Below, piece after piece: positions 54,022 through 62,801 of a stretch of DNA of 64,000 bases (position 1 is its first letter; each line of letters starts with the position of its first letter). The stretch is from Candidatus Uhrbacteria bacterium (lineage in GTDB: Bacteria > Patescibacteriota > Patescibacteriia > JACQRZ01): the NCBI GenBank assembly GCA_016206155.1, contig JACQSC010000010.1:8073-72072 (forward strand), given 5' to 3'. The notes beneath the pieces were generated by a model. It saw only the letters and a list, made by a program, of their open reading frames with translations. It ran no database searches and had not been told where the DNA came from. The position numbers and the translations under genes are program-made.

Positions 54022-55896
54022 CTAGGCTTGGTGTTTCTTTTCAAGCTCGAACTCTTTCTTCGCCGCTTCGATCTCAAGTAATTGGCGCGGATCGGTCGTA
54101 ATCAGCTGATCCTCCGAGTAGGACGCAATCACTTTAATCGCAACGTGTTTGGTTCCCGCGAAAAAAATGCCCTCTCCCGGACCTCCTTCTAATAATAGAT
54201 ACTTCTCACCCTCTGTCAACAAGAATGTCTTCTGTACAACATCGATGGCCGCGGGCGATTGCTTGAGCAGGAGCTGAAGAGCGGAGTTCGTGAGAATCGC
54301 GCGTCCATATTCCGATGTCAAAAAGTCGTTCACGTCCTGCGTGATGGTGGATACCCCGAGATAGTACTTGCGGGCGCGCTTGACCAGCGCGAAGATAAAG
54401 CGCGCGGAGTCCTCGTGCTGCATCAGCCACCATGCCTCATCAATGACCAATATGCGACGCTTCACCTCCGAACGCACGACATTCCAGATGTAATTGACGA
54501 CCGTATAAATCGCAATGGGTCGAAGCTCGTCCTCAAGATCACGCACCGAAAAAACAACCAATTGATTTCGCGTCTCCACGTTTGTCTGATGGTTGAGGAG
54601 CCCTGCAAACGTCCCTTCGGTGTATTTCCGCAGTTTATTCGAAAGCCCTGCTCCTCCTTCCATACCCTCGAGAATATCCTGGAGGTCGGAAAGCGTCGGG
54701 GGCTGGATGCCTGCGGAGAGGTCGGCTTGCGGAGTAATATCTCGCTTGGCATATGCCTCAAGCAAGGCGCGATCCATGATGGAATCCTCCTCTTGCGTAA
54801 ACTCTCCAAGCATCAGGCGCGTGAGCCCTTTGAGCGTAATAACAGCGCTGCGAATAATATCGGCAACCGACGCTTGTTCCCCTACTGCCCGCGGCAGATC
54901 AAAGGGATTGATGCGGCTGGTTGAGGAAAGTGAGATGTTAATATAGGTGCCACCGACGGCATCGGAAAGGTGCTTGTACTCCCGCTCCGGATCAATAACC
55001 AGCACATCAGTCCCCATCATCATGGAGCGTAGAATTTCTAACTTAACGGCGAACGACTTACCGGCGCCGCTCGTTGCGAACACGGTGAGGTTCGCATTCT
55101 GGAGGCTGAACCGATCAAAGAGAATCAAGCTGTTGTTATGCCGATTAATCCCGTAGAGAATCCCATTGTCAGATGTGAGATCAGATGAGATAAATGGAAA
55201 GGCCGCCGCGGCCGGCGAGGTGTTCATGTTAAATGGAATAGCAAGCTCATCGTTGCAAAGCGGCAGGGTTGAATTGTATCCCTGCTCCGCTTGATACAGC
55301 ACGCGTTTGGTAAAAATCAGCTTCGATCCATAGAGTGATTCGATGTCCTCCGTCATCTTGTCGAGTTGCTCAAGCGTATCGGCATAGAGTGTTGTGTAAA
55401 CACCGATGGAAAAAAAGTGCTCAATGCCTTGCGTCAGGTCATCGCGCAATTGCTCCATATCGCGCAGCGCCGTCTCCGCTTGCGGATCGCGGGGCTTGCC
55501 GCGCTCCTGCCCGGAAGAAATCTCCGCCTCAACGCGCCCCACTTTATCGCGCAATTGTTTTAAAACAATGGGCGTCGGCAAAGGTGCAAAAAAGAGCCCG
55601 ACATCAAAAGACGCAGCATAGTTGATAATCGGAGAAAACCATCCGACATTGATATATCGCGGATAGCCGACGACAAAAAGCGTTCTGCAATACTTCGACC
55701 CAACACGGACATAGTTGGGCTGCACCTCAAACGCGGACGGGGCAATCAGATCCTTGACCGCGACCAAACCGCGCCGATACGCTAATTCCTCTTCAAGAAC
55801 GGCTTTTTGCGCCGCTTCTTTCTGCGCAGTTGGTGTGATGGGCTTTTTTTCGTGCTCCTCCTTTTTAGCTTTAATGGGTTTAAATGGCATAAACAT
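54022..55896 (-). CDS. virB4: VirB4/TraC-like type IV secretion ATPase
   Basis: LYGIN..N.SL..FDRF, ATSGAGKSF, VIDPEREY, INPFDL, PTL.DL, VIDEAW, KRARKY, TITQDV.DF. Confidence 0.88.
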   Translation of the reverse strand: MFMPFKPIKAKKEEHEKKPITPTAQKEAAQKAVLEEELAYRRGLVAVKDLIAPSAFEVQPNYVRVGSKYCRTLFVVGYPRYINVGWFSPIINYAASFDVGLFFAPLPTPIVLKQLRDKVGRVEAEISSGQERGKPRDPQAETALRDMEQLRDDLTQGIEHFFSIGVYTTLYADTLEQLDKMTEDIESLYGSKLIFTKRVLYQAEQGYNSTLPLCNDELAIPFNMNTSPAAAAFPFISSDLTSDNGILYGINRHNNSLILFDRFSLQNANLTVFATSGAGKSFAVKLEILRSMMMGTDVLVIDPEREYKHLSDAVGGTYINISLSSTSRINPFDLPRAVGEQASVADIIRSAVITLKGLTRLMLGEFTQEEDSIMDRALLEAYAKRDITPQADLSAGIQPPTLSDLQDILEGMEGGAGLSNKLRKYTEGTFAGLLNHQTNVETRNQLVVFSVRDLEDELRPIAIYTVVNYIWNVVRSEVKRRILVIDEAWWLMQHEDSARFIFALVKRARKYYLGVSTITQDVNDFLTSEYGRAILTNSALQLLLKQSPAAIDVVQKTFLLTEGEKYLLLEGGPGEGIFFAGTKHVAIKVIASYSEDQLITTDPRQLLEIEAAKKEFELEKKHQA

Positions 55897-55904
55897 GATG
55901 TCAT

Positions 55905-56061
55905 TCGTAACTCGTAATCCGTAATCCGTAATTATTTTTGATTTTCGATTGAACTAATAAGCCCGTTAATAAGCTGCATAACCTCTTTTGATTATTCTCC
56001 AAGTTCTTTGCACTGTTCCTTGTACAAGTTACGAGTTACGGATTACGGATTACGAGTTACG
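55905..56061 (-). pseudogene. Four-helix-bundle gene remnant between inverted 7-bp arrays
   Basis: 56030->55932 reads NLYKEQCKELGE*SKEVMQLINGLISSIENQK*, resembling the C-terminal helix (VSKIINGLIRG) of 57245-57640; flanked by (TCGTAAC/CCGTAAT)n and (GTTACGA/ATTACGG)n. Confidence 0.72.
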
Positions 56062-56768
56062 TTCTCTTCGTTTTCCACCTGCAGCTTGCCAACCTCCGCC
56101 ATCCGCTGATTGGCTGCCGTCAGTGGGTTATAGGTGGTGTAGAGCAGTTCAATAAGGCTCTGCGTGTCAAGACGCGCGGCGTTCAGCGACATGCTCAAGA
56201 GCCCGGATATGACAGCATCAACGCGCTGATCCAGAATATGTTTTCGCTTTAAAAATGCTTCACGGCGCAGGGTGATCTCTCCAACGGCAGTAAACACGTT
56301 TGTCAGTTGACGGAAAAACCCGCGACGCGTATCGGTCGTCGGGTCATACGGTATGACGACATAAAACTTCTTATCCATAATATCGCCCAGTTGCACAAGC
56401 TCGCCGACGAATTGGCGGTAGTCCGCCATCTGCATCTTGAGCAGATCGTTCGTTTGCTGCGCCTCAAGCTCCTGCAAATGCGCAAGGTAGTGCGAGATAT
56501 CGTACTTGCGCGATTGAATGACGATCTGAAGCGGGTAGTCAATGGAGTTGAGAAACTGCTGATACGTCTGGATCGTCGCGTTCTGCTCGTCCTCCGACTT
56601 GAGAAAAAAGTTGACCGAGGATACGAGCAACGCTGCGCGCAACGTCCCGTCCTTCATAACGATCGTGTCATTTTTAATCTCCGCAACCTGAAGGTGCTTC
56701 TGCGTCGAGGCCGTTCCCTTCCCTGCTTTTGGGTTTGGTTCGGAGGTTTGTTTTTTCTTTTTTCCCAC
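56043..56768 (-). CDS. T4SS-associated protein (VirB4-adjacent, TrsD-like)
   Basis: STQ.HL.VAEIK, VSSVNF.LKS..EQ, FLNS.DYP.QI.IQSR, KKFYVVIPY; lies between prgI and virB4; GTG start. Confidence 0.75.
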   Translation of the reverse strand: MGKKKKQTSEPNPKAGKGTASTQKHLQVAEIKNDTIVMKDGTLRAALLVSSVNFFLKSEDEQNATIQTYQQFLNSIDYPLQIVIQSRKYDISHYLAHLQELEAQQTNDLLKMQMADYRQFVGELVQLGDIMDKKFYVVIPYDPTTDTRRGFFRQLTNVFTAVGEITLRREAFLKRKHILDQRVDAVISGLLSMSLNAARLDTQSLIELLYTTYNPLTAANQRMAEVGKLQVENEENVTRNP

Positions 56769-56769
56769 A

Positions 56770-56797
56770 GATTACGAGTTACGAGTTACGAGTTACG
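56770..56797. repeat. 7-bp array (TTACGAG)n supplying the prgI stop
   Basis: g attacga gttacga gttacga gttacg; encodes VTRNS*. Confidence 0.85.
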
Positions 56798-57222
56798 TCC
56801 TGACGATACGCCCCGCCGGTGTCGACAATGAGGGCAAGGTCGCTGAGACGATGGCTGCCGACAAGCGCGCGCGGCCGCTCAGGGGGCAATGGAGCCTCCC
56901 GCTCTTCTTTCGTTTCTTTTGCGTGGCGCACATGGCGCGCCTCTTTTTTCCAAACCCGCAAAGAAGGCCGACTTGCGGTACGTATAATATTGAGGAGAAA
57001 AAAGTGAAACGGCTGGCCGTTGACGCGATAGAACGCGAGCGTTGCCGCGACCCCGCCGATAATAATCGCCATTATGACAAAGAGCGTCAAGTCGGATGTC
57101 TTGTACGCCACGTAAATCATCCCAGCGGCAACCAGGAGTATGACAAACTGCCGCGCCGTTATAGGCCCCAAGATGCGGTCTTCATTCTCAATGAATTGCG
57201 GAACGGTTATTTGATCCATCAC
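56779..57222 (-). CDS. PrgI family (VirB3-like) protein
   Basis: VPQFIENEDRILGP.T.RQF, two TM, AF..VNGQPF, P..RVWKK. Confidence 0.87.
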   Translation of the reverse strand: MMDQITVPQFIENEDRILGPITARQFVILLVAAGMIYVAYKTSDLTLFVIMAIIIGGVAATLAFYRVNGQPFHFFLLNIIRTASRPSLRVWKKEARHVRHAKETKEEREAPLPPERPRALVGSHRLSDLALIVDTGGAYRQDVTRNS

Positions 57223-57226
57223 TGCG

Positions 57227-57657
57227 AGAATTAAGAATGACGAATTAAGAATTACGAATGATTGATTTTGTGCCCCTGATCAGACCATTGATAATTTTAC
57301 TTACCACTATGGTAAGATCAGCGATTTTCTTAAAGGTGCTTCTCTCGACATAGCCTATATCCCTTGCTATCAACAATTGATTCTGAATTTCCGTAAGCGA
57401 CCCAAGGGCCATTGAGTAAAACTGCGCCTTCTCTTTATAGGAATTTCTGCTGAAGCCTTCAGCAATATTTGACGTTATGGAAACAGCTGCCCTACGCAAT
57501 TGATTTGTTAAACCGAACTGTTCATCTTTTGGAAACGTTGTTGTAATTTTGTATATCTCTAAAACGAGAGCGTGCCCTTCTTGCCAGGCCTTGAGATCTG
57601 TAAATGATTGTATCTTGCTTCTGCTTAATTCTTGATTCATAATTCTTAATTCTTCAT
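57227..57657 (-). mobile_element. Putative cassette: four-helix-bundle gene within inverted heptamer arrays
   Basis: (GAATTAA-like)n at 57227-57261 and (TTCTTAA-like)n at 57623-57657 are reverse complements and supply the gene's start and stop codons. Mobility is inferred. Confidence 0.5.
57245..57640 (-). CDS. Four helix bundle protein (23S rRNA-IVP / Avd-like family)
   Basis: F.DL.AWQ, IY..T..FP..EQFGLT.Q.RRAAVSI.SNIAEG..R, A.GS..E...QL..A.D.GY, NGLI. Confidence 0.93.
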   Translation of the reverse strand: MNQELSRSKIQSFTDLKAWQEGHALVLEIYKITTTFPKDEQFGLTNQLRRAAVSITSNIAEGFSRNSYKEKAQFYSMALGSLTEIQNQLLIARDIGYVERSTFKKIADLTIVVSKIINGLIRGTKSIIRNS

Positions 57658-57695
57658 TGCAGACAGTATACCATTATTCTGAAGGCATCACAACG

Positions 57696-60431
57696 CTAGT
57701 GCCGTAACTTCTCGTTCACATCAAGGAGCGCGTCGAATTCTTCTGGTGTAAGATACTCTTTCCCTGCGCTTTTCCTCTCTTCAATAAGTTTCGTCATGTC
57801 CTGTCCAAAATTCTGTTGGCCAATCTCAAGATAGAGCTGGTAGGCAGGGCTCTCCTTCCATGCGTTTATCGCCTCGGCTTTTTTGCTCAGGGATTCTTTT
57901 CCCAGCGCGTTAATTTTTTCCAAAATTTTCTGTGTCGCCGCATCAGGATCCTGTGAAATGCGGCGGAGGTCCTTGATGGTCAATGCGCGCAGTTCATCAA
58001 TGGGTCCGACAAGGCGCACCGGCGCTTTCACGTCCGGTATTGGTTTTTTGTCCGCGCCAACGGCAGTTTTTGCCACCGCTCCTCCGCCAGATTCTGAAGC
58101 TTTTGCCGTAACCACAATGGGAATATCCTTTGCATCTTCAAGATGTTCGGGCACCTTCACCGGCTCGGAAATGGTGTCTGGCTCGGAAATGGTGTCTGGT
58201 TTCATTTCTCCGGAAATGATACCTGACACCATTTCCGGAGCTAACTCAGGAGTTTCCTCAGGAGTTTTTTCTGGAACAACAGGCGTCTCTTCTTTCTTTT
58301 TTCCGTTCGCCTTTTTCTCGACTTTCTCAACAATAGTCGGCACCCCTCCCACTTCCTTAATAACCATCTTCGGAGGAGTGGGGTCTGGCTCTGACCCCGT
58401 TCCCACATACTCCCCACTCCTTCCTTCAGCAACAGCTTGTGCCGCTCGTGCCGCCTCCTGCAAGAGCTTCTCAGCATCCTCTGAGGACAAACCAGTGCCG
58501 CCTTCAGCGGTTGGCGCGCACAATCGATCTTTTGTGTCTATCGCATTGCGGATGTTGCGCAGCAGCGTCACGATAATTTTCTTCACCCGCTCTCGATTGT
58601 CGTCAGTAAGGATTGCACCCGCCTTGTTAGTCACCGCATCGGCAACCGCCATAAAATCAATTCCCGTTCCCACTGCCTGATTCTTAATTCGTAATTCTTG
58701 ATTCTGCATTGTCGGCGCCTCAACAATAGTAATCGTCGGTGTCGGTACCGCTGGGGTCTGGCTTAATCCTGCTTTGTCATCCCGAACCTCCTCTTTGTCA
58801 TCCCGGCGAAGGCCGGGATCCATTTGTCCCTGACCCCGTTCTGCGCTTTCAACGACCGTCTCCTCTTCCTGTGAAAGAGCGTCAGACATTATTTTCATAA
58901 CTCTCTCGCGTGTGTTCTCCTCTTCTTCTGAGAGTTGAAACGGTATGACCATCCAATCTATACGTGGCAATTCCAATAAACTGTTTGGAAACCCTTTGAG
59001 AACGAGATAAGTATCCAAGAGTTTGCGCAGCGCCTCGCGATCGCGCTCAACGAGTTTTGGCGCGGCGGCGCTTTGTGTCAGATATTTCGCAAGCGTGAGA
59101 GACGATCCCTCGCCTTTGGAAAATCCCAAAAAGTCCTTGATCCAGTTGCCAACCGTCGGATCTGCCCCGTTCACCTGCTCTGTTCCAATCTTCTGCTCGT
59201 TTTTATACATCGCATTAAGGAGCTCCTGCGCATACCCCTCGATCTCGTTGAGAAGTTGCAAAATCGTCGTGTTCAATGCGGGAAGAATAGAGTCATTCCC
59301 ATACAGATGGAATACAAGCGTGGTTTGGAAAAGATGCGCCATGTCATGCCTCTCTTTTTCAACATCCTTTATGGTATAGCTCTCGTATATCTTTTGGGCA
59401 ACATCAATGAATATCTTCTGCGCCGCTATATTCAATCGGCTTCCTTGAACGTCCTTGTCGGGGTTGCCGCCAAGCGATCGATACAATTCCCGCTGATCGC
59501 CAAAATGATAGGGGAACAGAAGAACGACATTCAGAAAAATCTCACGAGCGCAAAGCTGATCTCTTTCATCCTTAAATGCACAAATGCTGTCGATTTCAGC
59601 CGCAAGATTCTCAACAGGAAGTTCTTTGGTCCACACATTGAGAATGGTCTCATTAATACGGCCAACCTGTTCATCAGAGAGCTGAAACGCTTCCTTTAAC
59701 TGGCTAAGAAAGATGTCGTAGTCGGCTGTGAGATTTACTTCTTGGATATAGTCAGGGATTGAGAAAAGTTTTTTGGCGTCAGGAGAAAACGCAATCTTTG
59801 CGGCAAACTTTTTCACCGCTTCCTGGCCATGATCTCTGAGGTCAAGCGCAATCGCGTGACAAGCATCTTTCATCGCGTCAATCCCTTCGCGTGCGCGGCG
59901 TAACATGACATGGGGTGTGGCTATGTCTGTAACGTGCTCACGAACTGCGGCAAAAATATCTTCATTATGAATGCTTGTTGCGGGAATAGAGAGAAGAATA
60001 TCAGCCGCAAAGTCCGGATTCTTGCACGCATCGGCAATGAGCGCAGTTGTTGCCGCGCGCCGTAATGGATCAGAAAGCGCCCACGTTCCGTCATCGGCGA
60101 GCGCGAGAAAGCGCCCGGTCAAACCATGCGCGCGGCCGAGCATGCGAACCGCACACACAAAGCCATTCGTATAGTTGTTTGGTTCACGCTCTGCGAATCG
60201 AATTCCTGCTTCGAGCTGGGGCAAAAGCGCTTCCATCTGCACCTTTAGTGCATCACGAACATCCGGCTTTATAAACACAAGCCTGTCAAACGCAAGTAGC
60301 GCCTTTGCACTATCGTTTTGCCCGACCAAATATAAGGCGCCAACCAACACCCAACTCACATCCTTGACGGTAATGTTGTCGAGGTTGAATATCCCCTGTT
60401 CTATAAATTGTGCGAGCTGTTCTGAAGTCAT
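57696..60431 (-). CDS. Large helical hypothetical protein of the T4SS-like cluster, with a repeat-invaded linker
   Basis: 911 aa; PTVGNWIKDF, LRNIR..IDT...L...GG.GL, C-terminal VGPIDEL..LT..D.RR..W..SP.YQLY..LT.EEF; low-complexity E/P/K linker. Confidence 0.8.
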   Translation of the reverse strand: MTSEQLAQFIEQGIFNLDNITVKDVSWVLVGALYLVGQNDSAKALLAFDRLVFIKPDVRDALKVQMEALLPQLEAGIRFAEREPNNYTNGFVCAVRMLGRAHGLTGRFLALADDGTWALSDPLRRAATTALIADACKNPDFAADILLSIPATSIHNEDIFAAVREHVTDIATPHVMLRRAREGIDAMKDACHAIALDLRDHGQEAVKKFAAKIAFSPDAKKLFSIPDYIQEVNLTADYDIFLSQLKEAFQLSDEQVGRINETILNVWTKELPVENLAAEIDSICAFKDERDQLCAREIFLNVVLLFPYHFGDQRELYRSLGGNPDKDVQGSRLNIAAQKIFIDVAQKIYESYTIKDVEKERHDMAHLFQTTLVFHLYGNDSILPALNTTILQLLNEIEGYAQELLNAMYKNEQKIGTEQVNGADPTVGNWIKDFLGFSKGEGSSLTLAKYLTQSAAAPKLVERDREALRKLLDTYLVLKGFPNSLLELPRIDWMVIPFQLSEEEENTRERVMKIMSDALSQEEETVVESAERGQGQMDPGLRRDDKEEVRDDKAGLSQTPAVPTPTITIVEAPTMQNQELRIKNQAVGTGIDFMAVADAVTNKAGAILTDDNRERVKKIIVTLLRNIRNAIDTKDRLCAPTAEGGTGLSSEDAEKLLQEAARAAQAVAEGRSGEYVGTGSEPDPTPPKMVIKEVGGVPTIVEKVEKKANGKKKEETPVVPEKTPEETPELAPEMVSGIISGEMKPDTISEPDTISEPVKVPEHLEDAKDIPIVVTAKASESGGGAVAKTAVGADKKPIPDVKAPVRLVGPIDELRALTIKDLRRISQDPDAATQKILEKINALGKESLSKKAEAINAWKESPAYQLYLEIGQQNFGQDMTKLIEERKSAGKEYLTPEEFDALLDVNEKLRH

Positions 60432-60461
60432 ACTAGTAAAGCACCATCTCTCTTAAGGATT

Positions 60462-62672
60462 TCACGTGCGGTTTTGATCGCGAATCGCATCAATAAGTCT
60501 CTGAAAATCTGCAGCGGTTGGCGGCGGTCCCGCCGCCCCTGGCGGTGGTGGTGGGCCCCAGCGCGCGATCTCAACCTGATGCGCATTGATCATTGATGCA
60601 AATCGTCCAAATTGAGCAACGAGCTCGTCAGGAGCATACCCGTTAACTAGATCTTGCGACATGGCAACCTTTGCCGCCGCACGTTCAATATCTGAGTAGC
60701 CTGGTGCTGTACCGTTTGCAACTGAATTTCGTAGCTCGGGGGTAAGTCGTTGCATCTCTCTAATCAATCTTCCCATGGTGCTGTCAAGGGCATCTGCGGC
60801 AGCAAGTGTTTGTGACTCACCGCTCCTTTGAATATCGGTCACAACACCGGGACCGTAAATGACTCCAATTCCTGCGCTTGCAAGGGCGCCATGCCCAGCT
60901 GCTGCCACACCGGATGCTCCGGCCATTCCCGGCATACCCGCCATGCCTTCCATACCCCACATGCCAACTTGACTAGCAAGCCATGCCTTCCCCATTTCCA
61001 TTGTAATCTTTGGCATTGCCGTTAGGACACTATCACGTACATTTCTTGCCTCAAGATTCTCCGCTTCGTTAATATTTCTATATGCAGCAGCGCGCTCTTG
61101 CGTCGCTAGCATGCGCAAACCCGGAGCAGCAACTGGGTCATTCCGTGCCAGCGCATCTAAACGCTCTGCTTCACGCATACTAATTGCTGCCTCGGTGCGC
61201 AAGTTTGGTGCCCGCTCTGCGGCATCTTGCTTTCTAGCGGCTAAACGATCCTGATGTCCCTTGCCCCATCCAAGTACACCCCCTGACACATTGCCAAAAA
61301 ACCGATCTGCCGCCGAGGATGCTCTGCCAAGTTGCTCGTGTATTGCGCGTACGGGAGCAATTCGATCGAAAGCCTCCCTCCCCAATCGTCGCGCTGTTTG
61401 TCCGGGCAACTTTTTGGCAATACCCGCAACTTGTGCCAGACGCGCAGCGCGACGCTGTGTTCTTTGCTCCCGCTCCTGTCGTCGAATTTTCGCATATGCG
61501 CCCAACGTCTCTCGCGCTCGGCGAAACGGACTGAACGGTCCGCGTTTACCCGCCATCCAGTCCTTGGCAAACGATGCGGCACCACCGGCAATACTCCCGC
61601 CAACCGATGACAGCTGCTGCGCCGCCATGAGCGATCCAAGCAACATGACTATGCCAAGGATGTAGCTTGCAGTGCCTCCCAGAGTGCCAATAATGGAACT
61701 GCCGAGGCTTCCGAATTGTTTATCTCCAGACCACTCCGGTTTATTGGCTAAATCAAGCCCCAATTCACTTGCAATATAAATAGTTGACCCATCGGTAGTA
61801 CCCTCCATCTGTGTTGCGACAACTGTAAGCGAGAGCCAAAGAAAGAACGCCATCACCGGTCCAAGCAACAAATAGCTGACAAATTGCTCCTGCCATTTTG
61901 AAAAATATCCGCGGTCATTGGGAAGCGACATCAAAAAGAACGCCGCCGGGGAAAGGATAATGAGAAACCACAATGCGACGATACGAATAACAAGCATCAC
62001 AACCATTATCACAACGACAATAAAGGCAACAACAACATAAAAAAATGCTAAGAGCATGCCGGTCGCGGCCATCGTTCCACTAACAGGGTCATTGCTCCCT
62101 CCGACATGTTTGAGGAGCCCATGAAGACCAATGAGCACGGCAAAGTTGCCTCCGCCGGCAGACGAGATCGCACCCATGAACGTCATCATCACCACCTGTG
62201 CCGCGTCAATGGCAATGCCGCAGATTGTTTTTGAAAAATTGACGAGGATAGCGGCGGCAAGAAACTTCGGTAATGTTTGAGAATAGTGGTACTGCTGCTG
62301 CTGAAGAATGGTGCCAATAGCAATGGCAAGCAGAACCAAGACAAAGAACATGTTGACAAAATCGCGGACAACAACCCAGCCGGTGGTAACGGCTGTTGAT
62401 GCCAAAAACTGATTGTAGTTGCCAACCGCAAGGAGCACCCAGATAAAATTCAAGAGCATCCACCCAATCGTCTGAACAAGCCAACCAACCAATCCGCCAA
62501 CAATTTTTGTAAGCGATGCGGTGGTAAAATCTCCAATGTTGTCAAGGATCCCTGCCGCCTGTATGCTATTCCCAAAAACAAAAACCCCTGTGCCGATAAA
62601 AAATAAAACAAGGGCTGCGGCTGTTATGGTGCCTAACCTTTTCTTTTTGATGCTACTAAAAAACTGCCTCAT
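60462..62672 (-). CDS. VirB6/TrbL-like polytopic membrane protein with long C-terminal tail
   Basis: GW.VVRDFVNMFFV..LL.IA..TIL, LP....AAILVNFS..I.G..ID, RIV.LW.LII.SP.AF....LP, W...F...GP...FFLWL. Confidence 0.8.
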   Translation of the reverse strand: MRQFFSSIKKKRLGTITAAALVLFFIGTGVFVFGNSIQAAGILDNIGDFTTASLTKIVGGLVGWLVQTIGWMLLNFIWVLLAVGNYNQFLASTAVTTGWVVVRDFVNMFFVLVLLAIAIGTILQQQQYHYSQTLPKFLAAAILVNFSKTICGIAIDAAQVVMMTFMGAISSAGGGNFAVLIGLHGLLKHVGGSNDPVSGTMAATGMLLAFFYVVVAFIVVVIMVVMLVIRIVALWFLIILSPAAFFLMSLPNDRGYFSKWQEQFVSYLLLGPVMAFFLWLSLTVVATQMEGTTDGSTIYIASELGLDLANKPEWSGDKQFGSLGSSIIGTLGGTASYILGIVMLLGSLMAAQQLSSVGGSIAGGAASFAKDWMAGKRGPFSPFRRARETLGAYAKIRRQEREQRTQRRAARLAQVAGIAKKLPGQTARRLGREAFDRIAPVRAIHEQLGRASSAADRFFGNVSGGVLGWGKGHQDRLAARKQDAAERAPNLRTEAAISMREAERLDALARNDPVAAPGLRMLATQERAAAYRNINEAENLEARNVRDSVLTAMPKITMEMGKAWLASQVGMWGMEGMAGMPGMAGASGVAAAGHGALASAGIGVIYGPGVVTDIQRSGESQTLAAADALDSTMGRLIREMQRLTPELRNSVANGTAPGYSDIERAAAKVAMSQDLVNGYAPDELVAQFGRFASMINAHQVEIARWGPPPPPGAAGPPPTAADFQRLIDAIRDQNRT

Positions 62673-62742
62673 GAAACGCGACCATGAGTGATAGCTCTAG
62701 TATACCATGCGCAAGAAAGAAAAACAGTGGACGACTAAGAAT

Positions 62743-62793
62743 TGTCATCCCGGTCCCTCGGGGGTACTCGGGATAAACTCCGGCCGGGATCCA
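62743..62793. repeat. GTCATCCC-type palindromic repeat, long form
   Basis: Inverted near-copy (45/48) of 15008-15055. Confidence 0.88.
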
Positions 62794-62801
62794 GGCCAAA
62801 A

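Noticed and set aside
57245-57640. Diversity-generating retroelement, or a 23S rRNA intervening sequence
   Set aside because: No reverse transcriptase, no TR/VR pair noticed and no rRNA sequence in the window.
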